This document shows, piece after piece, positions 27,162 to 35,684 of a stretch of DNA of 64,000 bases. Positions within the stretch are counted from its first letter, which is position 1. Each line of letters begins with the position of its first letter. A program made the translations under genes and the position numbers. The notes under the pieces are model-generated. The model was not told the origin of the DNA, made no database searches, and was given only the letters and a program-made list of their open reading frames with translations. This DNA comes from Elusimicrobiota bacterium (GTDB lineage Bacteria > Elusimicrobiota > Elusimicrobia > UBA1565 > JACRDR01), in the NCBI GenBank assembly GCA_041694815.1, contig JBGFSC010000047.1:23362-87361 (forward strand), written 5' to 3'.

Positions 27162-28189
27162 AAACCCTCAACTACGGCCAGGCCATCCACCGCGCGCTTG
27201 AGTTCGCCATGGAGAAGGACCCTTCCGTCTTCGTCATGGGCATCGGCGTCGACGATCACAAGGCCGTCTTCGGCACCACCAAGGGCCTGCTCGAGAAATT
27301 CGGCAGGGAACGCGTATTCGACACGCCGATCTCCGAGGGGGCCATGACCGGCGTCGCCGTCGGGGCGGCCCTAGGCGGCATGCGCCCGGTGCATATCCAC
27401 ATCCGCTCGGATTTCCTATACCTGGCCATGGACCAATTGCTCAATATGGCCGCCAAGTGGCGCTCGATGTTCGGAGGTGCCGCGAGCGTGCCGATCGTCG
27501 TGCGCGCCGTCATCGGGCGGAGCTGGGGCCAGGGGGCGCAGCACTCGCAGAGCCTGCAGTCGCTCATCGCGCATGTGCCAGGGATCAAGGTCGGCATGCC
27601 CACGACGCCGGCCGACGCACAACAGATGCTGCTGGCGGCCATCGCCGACCCCAACCCCGTCGTGCTCTTCGAGCATCGACTGCTCTACGACATCGTCGGC
27701 GAATTGCCCGAGCCGGATTGGGCGGTGGAATTTAAGCGCGCCGTCGTCCGCCGCCCGGGCAAGGACCTCACCATCGTCGCCAACTCCTACATGGCCGTGG
27801 AGGCTCTCAAGGCCGCGGAGTTCCTCCAGGAGCACGGCATCGAGGCCGAAATCGTCGACCCGGTCACCGTGGTGCCGCTGGATGAGGCCGTTATCCTCGG
27901 CTCGATCCGCAAGACGGGGCGGCTCATCGTCATCGACACTAGCTGGACCTTCTGTGGCGTGAGCGCGGAGATTGCCGCCCTAGCCGCCGAAAAAGCCTTC
28001 TCGAGCTTGAAGCAGCCGGTTTTAAGGCTCGGCATGCAGCCAACCCCTTGCCCGGTGAGCAAGCCGCTCGAGAACCTCTTCTACCCCAACGCCGGCACCA
28101 TCGCCGACGCCGCCTTCAAGATGATGGAGCGCCGCTCGCCCGAGCTGCGCGCCCCGGTTCTGACCCACGCCTTCAAGGGGCCGTTCTGA
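27158..28189 (+). CDS. ThDP-dependent dehydrogenase E1 component, beta subunit
   Basis: ATG 27158 overlaps the alpha stop (ATGA); transketolase-like pyrimidine-binding and C-terminal domains. The ORF-track 26168 start is a frame extension through the alpha gene. Confidence 0.8.
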   Translation: MKTLNYGQAIHRALEFAMEKDPSVFVMGIGVDDHKAVFGTTKGLLEKFGRERVFDTPISEGAMTGVAVGAALGGMRPVHIHIRSDFLYLAMDQLLNMAAKWRSMFGGAASVPIVVRAVIGRSWGQGAQHSQSLQSLIAHVPGIKVGMPTTPADAQQMLLAAIADPNPVVLFEHRLLYDIVGELPEPDWAVEFKRAVVRRPGKDLTIVANSYMAVEALKAAEFLQEHGIEAEIVDPVTVVPLDEAVILGSIRKTGRLIVIDTSWTFCGVSAEIAALAAEKAFSSLKQPVLRLGMQPTPCPVSKPLENLFYPNAGTIADAAFKMMERRSPELRAPVLTHAFKGPF

Positions 28190-29355
28190 TGATCCGCTAT
28201 TACCTCGCCGAGGACACGATCGACCGCAAGGACGTCGACCGACTCGTCGACTGGCTCAAGACATACCCGAGGCTCACCCAGGGGCCGCTGGTCCGGCAAT
28301 TCGAGGAGAAATGGAGCCGCTGGCTTGGGGCCCCGCGCTCGGTGTTCTGCAACTCCGGGTCCTCGGCCAACCTGCTGATGTACTATGCCCTGCTGCTCTC
28401 GGGCAGGCTCAAGAACCGCGAGGTGGTCGTGCCCTCCGTCGGCTGGGGCACCTCCATCGCACCGGCGATACAGTTCGGTTTCGAGCCGCTGATCTGCGAG
28501 GCGGACAAGGACACCTTCGGCCTCGACTTGAACCATCTCGAGGCGCTGCTTAAAAAGCACAAGCCCTCCTCCGTCCTGCTGGTTCAGGTGTTGGGCGTCC
28601 CGCACAAGATGAAGGAGCTTATGGCCCTGAAGAAGAAATACAAGTTCTTCCTGATGGAGGACGCCTGTGCCGCGATCGGGGCCGCTTATCAAGGCCGCCA
28701 TGTCGGCACCTTCGGCGACATGGCGAGCTTCTCATTCTATTTCGGGCATCAGATGTCGACGATCGAAGGCGGCATGGTCTCGACCTCGGACAAGAAATTC
28801 GCCGACCTGCTGCGCTTGACTCGCGCCCACGGCTGGAGCAAGGACTTAGACGCCGAGGCTCATCAGGCCTTGGTCAAAAAGCATCGCATCGATGATTTCC
28901 ATACCCCATTCGTCTTCTACGAGCCTGGCTTCAATCTCCGATCGACCGATCTTAATGCCTTCCTGGGCCTGGGCCAGGTCGACAAGCTCGCCTGGATCAT
29001 CGAGACCAGGCAGCGCAACCATGCGATTTACTCCCGGTTGCTGGGCGCGCGCTTCTACACGCAGAAGCCGGAACCGGGGTCTACGGTGTGCAGCATTTCT
29101 TTCGGCATGCTGGCCGACGACGCCAAGCAGCGCCGAGCCATTGTGAGCGCCCTGGTGGAAAATGGGGTGGAGACGCGAATATTTTCCGCGGGCAACCTGG
29201 GCCTGCACCCCTTCTGGGTCAAGCGATTCGGCAAGGCGAGTTTTCCCATGGCCGATCGCATCCATCACACGGGACTATTTTTGCCCAATAATCCGTCGCT
29301 TTCTACGGATACGGTCGAAAGCATCGCCAAGATTGTCCTGGAGGCGGCCCGATGA
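28189..29355 (+). CDS. DegT-fold PMP-dependent nucleotide-sugar 3-dehydratase (ColD/E1-like; His replaces Schiff-base Lys)
   Basis: DegT/DnrJ/EryC1 fold; the PLP-lysine position reads SFSFYFGHQMSTIEGG (His, no Lys) as in ColD/AscC; ATG 28189 overlaps the E1-beta stop. Confidence 0.6.
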   Translation: MIRYYLAEDTIDRKDVDRLVDWLKTYPRLTQGPLVRQFEEKWSRWLGAPRSVFCNSGSSANLLMYYALLLSGRLKNREVVVPSVGWGTSIAPAIQFGFEPLICEADKDTFGLDLNHLEALLKKHKPSSVLLVQVLGVPHKMKELMALKKKYKFFLMEDACAAIGAAYQGRHVGTFGDMASFSFYFGHQMSTIEGGMVSTSDKKFADLLRLTRAHGWSKDLDAEAHQALVKKHRIDDFHTPFVFYEPGFNLRSTDLNAFLGLGQVDKLAWIIETRQRNHAIYSRLLGARFYTQKPEPGSTVCSISFGMLADDAKQRRAIVSALVENGVETRIFSAGNLGLHPFWVKRFGKASFPMADRIHHTGLFLPNNPSLSTDTVESIAKIVLEAAR

Positions 29356-30335
29356 CCCCCACGATCCGGCGGGTGTTGATCACGGGCATCACCGGCTCCG
29401 GCGGCAGTTACCTCGCCGATCACATACTCGAGGAGCATCCAAAGGTGGAGCTGCACGGCATTACGCGCTGGCATACCTCCTCGAGCCATCGCGATCTCTT
29501 CGGCGGCCGGGCGATACTGCATGAATGCGATCTTACCGATCTGCTCTCCGTGCTCAACGCCGTGGAGAAATCCAAGCCGGACGCCATCTTCCATCTGGCG
29601 GCGCACGCCAACGTGCGCGCCTCCTTCGACACCCCGGGCGCGGTTCTCACGAACAACATACTCGGGACCAGCAATCTCTTCGAGGCCGTGCGCCGGTGCA
29701 AGCTGAACCCGCTGATCCAGCTCTGCAGCACCTCCGAGGTCTACGGGCAGGTGGATCCCACGGACCTGCCCATTAAAGAAGACGCGCCTCTGCGACCCAT
29801 TAGCCCCTATGCGGTTTCGAAGACCGCCCAGGACCTTTTGGGCTGGGGCTATTTCAAGAGCTACGGCATGCGCATCATCCGCACGCGGATGTTCACCTAT
29901 TTCAATCCCCGGCGCACCGATCTGTTCGCCACCGCCTTCGCGCGGCAGATCGCCTGGATCGAGCAGGGGCTAGCCAAGGAATTGCGCCACGGGAACCTGA
30001 ACTCGGTGAGGACCTTCATCGACGTACGCGACGCGGTGCGCGCCTATTGGGAAGCGACCCTGCATTGCGTCCCCGGCGAGGCCTACAATATCGGCGGCCG
30101 CACGACGATGACGGTGGGCGACTGCCTCGAACGCCTCAAGGCCCTAGCCAAGGTGAAGATCCCGACTCGGCAGGACCCGGCGCTGATGCGCCCGGCCGAC
30201 GTGACCCTGCAGATCCCCTGCGTGGACAAATTCGTCAAGGCCACCGGCTGGCAGCCCCGATACGATTTTGACGACAGCCTGCGGCATCTCTTGGAGCACT
30301 GGCGCGCCGAGGCGAGGAGGGAGAAAGCGGCATGA
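29352..30335 (+). CDS. GDP-mannose 4,6-dehydratase-like enzyme (Gmd/DmhA family)
   Basis: VLITGITGSGGSYLADHILE matches the Gmd N-terminus ITGITGQDGSYLAE; YAVSKTAQD catalytic YxxxK. Confidence 0.7.
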   Translation: MTPTIRRVLITGITGSGGSYLADHILEEHPKVELHGITRWHTSSSHRDLFGGRAILHECDLTDLLSVLNAVEKSKPDAIFHLAAHANVRASFDTPGAVLTNNILGTSNLFEAVRRCKLNPLIQLCSTSEVYGQVDPTDLPIKEDAPLRPISPYAVSKTAQDLLGWGYFKSYGMRIIRTRMFTYFNPRRTDLFATAFARQIAWIEQGLAKELRHGNLNSVRTFIDVRDAVRAYWEATLHCVPGEAYNIGGRTTMTVGDCLERLKALAKVKIPTRQDPALMRPADVTLQIPCVDKFVKATGWQPRYDFDDSLRHLLEHWRAEARREKAA

Positions 30336-31273
30336 TCCAACGGGTGCTGGTCACGGGAGGCGCGGGCTATATCGGCTCGGTGCTGGTCCCGCTGCTTTTG
30401 GAGCGGGGCTTTAAGGTCACGGTGCTCGATAATTTCCTCTACGGGCAAAACAGCCTGCTCGACTGCTGCGGGCGCGAGGGATTCGAGATCGTGCGCGGCG
30501 ATTGCCGCGACGAGCGCCTTCTCTCCGAGCAGCTCAGGAACGCGGATATACTCATTCCCCTGGCCGCGCTGGTGGGCGTCCCGGCCTGCGACCGGGACCC
30601 CGTCGCCGCCGAGACCACCAACCTGGGGGCCGTGCGCTCACTCTGCAAGCTCGCCTCCAAATCGCAGCGGATGCTGTTCCCGGTAACCAACAGCGGCTAT
30701 GGGATCGGCGTGAAGGGCAAGGCCTGCACCGAAGAAAGCCCTCTCAAGCCGCTCTCGCTCTACGGCCGCACCAAGGTGCAGGCCGAGGAGGCGGTGCTCT
30801 CTCGCGGCAATTCCATCGCCTTCCGCCTGGCCACCGCCTTCGGCGCCTCGCCGCGCATGCGCATGGACCTGCTCGTCAACGATTTCGTCCACCGCGCCGT
30901 CAGCGACCGCGCCGTCGTGGTGTTCGAGGGGCATTTTCAGCGCAATTACATCCATGTCCGCGACATTGCCCGAGTCTTTTTGCACGGCATCGAGCGCTTC
31001 GACTCGATGCAGGGCAGGCCCTACAATGTCGGCCTCGAGGACGCCAATCTCTCCAAGCTCGAGCTCTGCGCCATGATCCAAAAAATCGTGCCGCAATTCG
31101 TGTTCGTCGAGGCCCCGGTGGGCGAGGACCCGGACAAGCGCGATTACATCGTCTCCAACGCGCGGCTTTTGTCGACGGGGTTTAAACCCGAGTGGAGCTT
31201 GGAGCGGGGGATACGGGAACTGGTTAAGGCGTATAAGATACTCAAGGGTTTTAATCCTTATGCCAACGCATAA
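30332..31273 (+). CDS. SDR nucleotide-sugar 4-ketoreductase/epimerase (RfbJ/ColC-like)
   Basis: VTGGAGYIGS; YGRTKVQAEE. Confidence 0.5.
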   Translation: MIQRVLVTGGAGYIGSVLVPLLLERGFKVTVLDNFLYGQNSLLDCCGREGFEIVRGDCRDERLLSEQLRNADILIPLAALVGVPACDRDPVAAETTNLGAVRSLCKLASKSQRMLFPVTNSGYGIGVKGKACTEESPLKPLSLYGRTKVQAEEAVLSRGNSIAFRLATAFGASPRMRMDLLVNDFVHRAVSDRAVVVFEGHFQRNYIHVRDIARVFLHGIERFDSMQGRPYNVGLEDANLSKLELCAMIQKIVPQFVFVEAPVGEDPDKRDYIVSNARLLSTGFKPEWSLERGIRELVKAYKILKGFNPYANA

Positions 31274-31282
31274 ACGGCGGCC

Positions 31283-32293
31283 ATGATCATCAGCCGAACC
31301 CCCTTCCGCATGTCCTTCTTCGGCGGCGGGACCGATTACCCCGCCTGGTTCCGCGAGAACGGCGGCTGCGTGCTGTCGACGACGATCAACAAGTACTGCT
31401 ACATTACCTGTCGCTACCTGCCCCCCTTCTTCGACTACCGCAGCCGCATCCTCTACTCCAAGGTCGAGACGGTGCAGGACAACGGAGACATCGAGCACCC
31501 GGCGGTGCGCGCCATCCTCAAGCATTTAGACATTAGCCAGGGAGTCGAAATCCATCATGACGGAGATCTTCCCGCCCGCACGGGACTGGGCTCCTCCTCT
31601 TCCTTCGCGGTCGGCCTGCTGCACGCCCTGCGCGCCATGCGGCATCAGCCCCGCGATAAGATGCAATTGGCGCAGGAGGCCATACACATCGAGCAGGAGA
31701 TCCTCCAGGAAAACGTCGGCTGCCAGGACCAGGTGATCGCCGCCGTAGGAGGCCTCAATCGCATCGATTTCCATCCCAACGGAAAGATCGATGTCGACCC
31801 CGTCACCATCAGCCCCGCGCGGCTCTGCGAACTACAGGAGCACCTCCTGCTCTATTTCACCGGCTTTTCCCGCATCGCCTCCCTGATCGTGAAGGAGCAG
31901 CTCAACCGCATACAGGACACGAAGGCCCAGCTCAAGCGCATGCAGGCCATGGTGCGCGAGTCGATCGACATACTCAGCGGCGGCGACCTCGCGGATTTCG
32001 GCCGGCTGCTCGATGAGGGTTGGTCACTCAAGCGCACGCTGAGCTCGAAGGTCTCCTCGCCCTTCATTGACGAGATTTACGAGAACGCCAAGGCCTGCGG
32101 CGCCCTGGGCGGAAAGCTGCTTGGAGCCGGGGGAGGTGGCTTCATGCTGATCTTCGCCCGCCCTCAGGACCAGCCGAAGATCAAGGAGCGCCTCAAGAAG
32201 CTCATGCGCATCCCTTTCCAGATCGAAGACGACGGAAGCCGCATCATCCTCTACCAACCGGACGCGCAAGACGGCGCACTTCCTGAATCTTGA
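31283..32293 (+). CDS. hddA: D-glycero-D-manno-heptose 7-phosphate kinase-like GHMP kinase
   Basis: MIISRTPFRMSFFGGGTDYP N-terminus and GLGSSSSFAVGLLHAL GHMP motif. Confidence 0.7.
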   Translation: MIISRTPFRMSFFGGGTDYPAWFRENGGCVLSTTINKYCYITCRYLPPFFDYRSRILYSKVETVQDNGDIEHPAVRAILKHLDISQGVEIHHDGDLPARTGLGSSSSFAVGLLHALRAMRHQPRDKMQLAQEAIHIEQEILQENVGCQDQVIAAVGGLNRIDFHPNGKIDVDPVTISPARLCELQEHLLLYFTGFSRIASLIVKEQLNRIQDTKAQLKRMQAMVRESIDILSGGDLADFGRLLDEGWSLKRTLSSKVSSPFIDEIYENAKACGALGGKLLGAGGGGFMLIFARPQDQPKIKERLKKLMRIPFQIEDDGSRIILYQPDAQDGALPES

Positions 32294-32976
32294 TGGTGGA
32301 TGCCGTTATCCTCTGCGGCGGGCTCGGCACGCGGCTGCGCGAGGCGGTGCCGGACCGGCCCAAGCCCATGGCCGACGTGGGCGGCAGGCCGTTTTTGGAG
32401 CTGTTGGTCGACTGGGTCGCCGGTCAGGGCTTTAATCGGATCATACTCTGCGTGGGCCATCGAGCGGACATGGTGCGGGCGCATTTTCGCTCGGACTCGC
32501 GCCGCGAGATCCTATTCTCCGAGGAAAGGGAGCCTCTAGGGACCGGAGGGGCCCTGCGCCTGTGCCGTCCGCATGGCGCGAGCGATCCTTTCCTGGTACT
32601 CAACGGCGATTCTTTCTGCGACATAGACCTTCACGCGATGCTTCAGTTCCACGCGGAGAAGAAGGCCGCTGCCACGGTGGCGGCGGTGCGCCCGGACGGG
32701 CGCGAGGATGGGGGCAATATCGCGGCGGGCACGGACATGCGGGTTTCGGCCTTCGCCGAGAAAAAGAAAACCGAAGGCGCCGCTTGGCTCAACGCCGGGG
32801 TCTACGCCTTGGGCTCCCGCGTATGGGACTTCATTCCTCCAGGGCGCAGCTCCTTAGAAACGGACGTGCTGCCCAAGATGCTCCTTGCCGGCGTCTACGT
32901 GTTCGCCACGAGCGCGACCCTCTTCGATATCGGCACTCCCGCGCGGCTGGAGGCCTTCCGCCGCTTGAGGTCATGA
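32290..32976 (+). CDS. hddC: heptose-1-phosphate guanylyltransferase-like nucleotidyltransferase
   Basis: AVILCGGLGTRLRE...PKPM nucleotidyltransferase signature; translationally coupled to hddA. Confidence 0.65.
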   Translation: MMVDAVILCGGLGTRLREAVPDRPKPMADVGGRPFLELLVDWVAGQGFNRIILCVGHRADMVRAHFRSDSRREILFSEEREPLGTGGALRLCRPHGASDPFLVLNGDSFCDIDLHAMLQFHAEKKAAATVAAVRPDGREDGGNIAAGTDMRVSAFAEKKKTEGAAWLNAGVYALGSRVWDFIPPGRSSLETDVLPKMLLAGVYVFATSATLFDIGTPARLEAFRRLRS

Positions 32977-34886
32977 ACCTACTCTTCATCTGCCACGAGC
33001 TTCCACCCATCGGGGGAGGCTCTGGCAACGCGGCCCTGGCCTTGGCCCGCGAGCTTGCCGTGGAGCACTCCGTGGTGCTGCTCACTTCCGGCTATCGCGA
33101 GTTGCCGGCTCAAGAACGGCATGGACAACTCCGCGTGCTGCGCTTGCCATCACCCAGGCGTCGCGTCGACGGAGCCAGCCCCATTGAACTCGTCGCCTTC
33201 GCGGCCCTCGCCGTCCGGGAGGCCTCGCGCCTGCATCGCGAACGACCCTTCGACGCCGCCGTCGCGGTGCACGCCACCGCGGCCGCATGGGCGGCGTGGC
33301 TCTTGCGCAAGCGGCGCGGCATTCCCTACGTGCTCGCTTTGAGGGGTGCCGACGTGCCAGGCTTCTTCCCGGAAATGTACGGCTGGATGCACCGAGCATC
33401 CTCCTGGCTCACTCGGCGATGTTGGGGCAGCGCCGCGGCGCTGGTGGCCAACAGCGAGGGCTTAAAACGGCTGGCCGAACGCACCGCCGCGCCCTTGGGA
33501 CGCGCCGTTAAGCTTATCGAAAACGGCGTCGACGCGGATTTCTTCACGCCCGCGGCTTCCATGCCCCAGGGGCAGGGCCTGTTCGTCGGAAGGCTGAGCC
33601 GGCAGAAGGGCCTCGAGCCGTTCTTCGAAGCGCTGCGCCTCGGCGCGCCGAGGCTGCGCGGCCGGCTGCGCCTTGAGATCGTAGGCGTAGGGGAATTGGC
33701 AAGCACATTAAGTCGCCTGGCCGAGGACGGCTTGGCCGACATCGTCTCTTTTTCCCCATGGATGGACAAGGAAGCGCTGCGTGAAAGATACCGGGCATCC
33801 TCCTTTTTCGTTTTTCCGTCGTTGGAGGAAGGCATGTCCAACGCCCTGCTCGAGGCGATGGCCTGCGGGCTCCCGGTACTGGCCGCCGACGTCTACGGCA
33901 ACAAGGGCTTGGTCGAAAACGGGGTCAACGGCTTCCTCATCCCGCCTGATGATCCGGCCGCCTGGGCCGAAGCCCTCTACCGCATGGCGGCCCTGGAACC
34001 CACCGCCCTTAAGTCCATGGGCCAAAAAAGCCGCCAGAAGGCGCTGGGCAAGAGTTGGGGAGAGGCGGCGCGCCGCTATGAATCACTGCTGCCCCATCCC
34101 GCCGCGTGGACCCCCGAGCGCGTCGCGCGTTTCTTCGACCTGTATCAGGCCCAGGGCGGGCTAGAGGATAACTATTTCGGGAGGCAGAGGGGAGCTGCCC
34201 TGCTGCGTTTCGTGCTCCGCCGAAGCCTCCTGCCGCAGCCGGCGCTCGATGTCGGCTGCGGTCCCGGCTATTTTCTCGAGTATCTGGTCGCCGCGCGGAT
34301 CCGCTGCGCCGGCGCCGACCTGTCGGCGGCCTCCGTCGAGCGGGCGAACCGGCGGCTGGGCGGAAATCCATATTTCCTGGGGGCGCACCGGATGGGCGAT
34401 GGCTTTGCGCTCCCCTTCGAGGACGGGGCCTTCCAAAGCGCCTTCCTGATGGAGACGGCCGAGCATCTGCTGCCGGAGTCGATTGCGGCCGTGTTCGGCG
34501 AGCTCCGCCGGGTATTGGCGCCGGGTGGCCGCCTGGTGGTCACTACGCCTTACCGCGAGGACCTGCGGGATTCCTCTTTGCTATGCCCGCATTGCGGCGC
34601 CACCTTCCACCAGATCCAGCATGTCTCTTCCTTCGACGAACGCAACCTGCCGGAGCTGCTCGAGAGCCACGGCTTTTCCTGCGAGCTGGCCGAGGCACCA
34701 GCGCTTCTTCCAGACTGGCGCATCTGGCTTCGGGCGCAGGGTGGACTCGGGGCATCGGCGGCGGCATGCCCCGAATGCGGGAAGGCCTTCGCGCCGCCCG
34801 CTCCGGGCCTCCTAAAACGGGCGCGGATGCTGCTTCGGGAGCTGCGCCATCTAGTCTGCGTGGCGCACCGGGCGCCTGGCAAGTAG
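32973..34886 (+). CDS. GT4 glycosyltransferase fused to a C-terminal SAM-dependent methyltransferase domain
   Basis: EGMSNALLEAMACGLPVLAADV GT4 signature; later LDVGCGPGYFLEYL SAM motif; ATG 32973 (ATGA overlap with hddC). Confidence 0.7.
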   Translation: MNLLFICHELPPIGGGSGNAALALARELAVEHSVVLLTSGYRELPAQERHGQLRVLRLPSPRRRVDGASPIELVAFAALAVREASRLHRERPFDAAVAVHATAAAWAAWLLRKRRGIPYVLALRGADVPGFFPEMYGWMHRASSWLTRRCWGSAAALVANSEGLKRLAERTAAPLGRAVKLIENGVDADFFTPAASMPQGQGLFVGRLSRQKGLEPFFEALRLGAPRLRGRLRLEIVGVGELASTLSRLAEDGLADIVSFSPWMDKEALRERYRASSFFVFPSLEEGMSNALLEAMACGLPVLAADVYGNKGLVENGVNGFLIPPDDPAAWAEALYRMAALEPTALKSMGQKSRQKALGKSWGEAARRYESLLPHPAAWTPERVARFFDLYQAQGGLEDNYFGRQRGAALLRFVLRRSLLPQPALDVGCGPGYFLEYLVAARIRCAGADLSAASVERANRRLGGNPYFLGAHRMGDGFALPFEDGAFQSAFLMETAEHLLPESIAAVFGELRRVLAPGGRLVVTTPYREDLRDSSLLCPHCGATFHQIQHVSSFDERNLPELLESHGFSCELAEAPALLPDWRIWLRAQGGLGASAAACPECGKAFAPPAPGLLKRARMLLRELRHLVCVAHRAPGK

Positions 34887-35684
34887 GACCGCAGACGTAA
34901 CTTTCAAAGACTCGTCCTTTGGGTTAAAGTCTGTGCTCAAATAGGGCCGAATCCGCTCGAAGGCCTCTTCGTCGCTGGCACGCTCAAGGACTTCCACCAC
35001 GAATCCTTCAGACGACAGCAGGCGCAAGTGATCTGAAAGCCGCCAGCGAGGGAGATCGCCGGGATCGAGCCAACGACCCCAATGTTTCCGGGAGAACTGA
35101 AGAAAATGATAGGGATATTTGAAGAAGTGATCGCGATAGTCGACGATGTGAAGCATGAAGCCGTCTAACTTAAGCACCCGCCGAAGCTCGACGAAGAGGT
35201 CTCGAGGATCCCTCACGTGCTCGAGCACCGAATGAGAGAGCGCGACATCTATGCTTTCGCTGGCAATGGCGCGAATGGAGTCCAGCCGGCGCACTTTAGA
35301 ACCCAACGCCGACTCCGTCAAGCCATGACGCTCACACGCTTTCGAAAGCAGGCTCCGGTCCAGGCGCGCGTCTAATTCGGCCGTGGGCTCTAGCCCCCAT
35401 ACGGCTAGAGCGTCGCGCGCTGCCAATTCGTAGGCGGTGCCATTGGCATGCCCCGCCCCGATTTCCAGCACGCTCAGGCCTCGGAACGACAATCCGGCAG
35501 CAGTCAGGTGCTTCTCGTAGAGCGAAACCACCTCTTCCGGGACGCTCTCACCGAGGCTGGGCTCATAATAAGGCAGAAACGAGGAGAGCCTGCGGACGGC
35601 ATGCTCGCTCAAAAGAAACTTGCGAACCAGTCGGAGAGCGATATACTCGGCATTTTCCACGATTCTCACTTGGAGGCAGCCCAA
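34851..35684 (-). CDS. class I SAM-dependent methyltransferase
   Basis: VLEIGAGHANGTAYELA motif I. Confidence 0.6.
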   Translation of the reverse strand: MGCLQVRIVENAEYIALRLVRKFLLSEHAVRRLSSFLPYYEPSLGESVPEEVVSLYEKHLTAAGLSFRGLSVLEIGAGHANGTAYELAARDALAVWGLEPTAELDARLDRSLLSKACERHGLTESALGSKVRRLDSIRAIASESIDVALSHSVLEHVRDPRDLFVELRRVLKLDGFMLHIVDYRDHFFKYPYHFLQFSRKHWGRWLDPGDLPRWRLSDHLRLLSSEGFVVEVLERASDEEAFERIRPYLSTDFNPKDESLKVTSAVLLARRPVRHAD

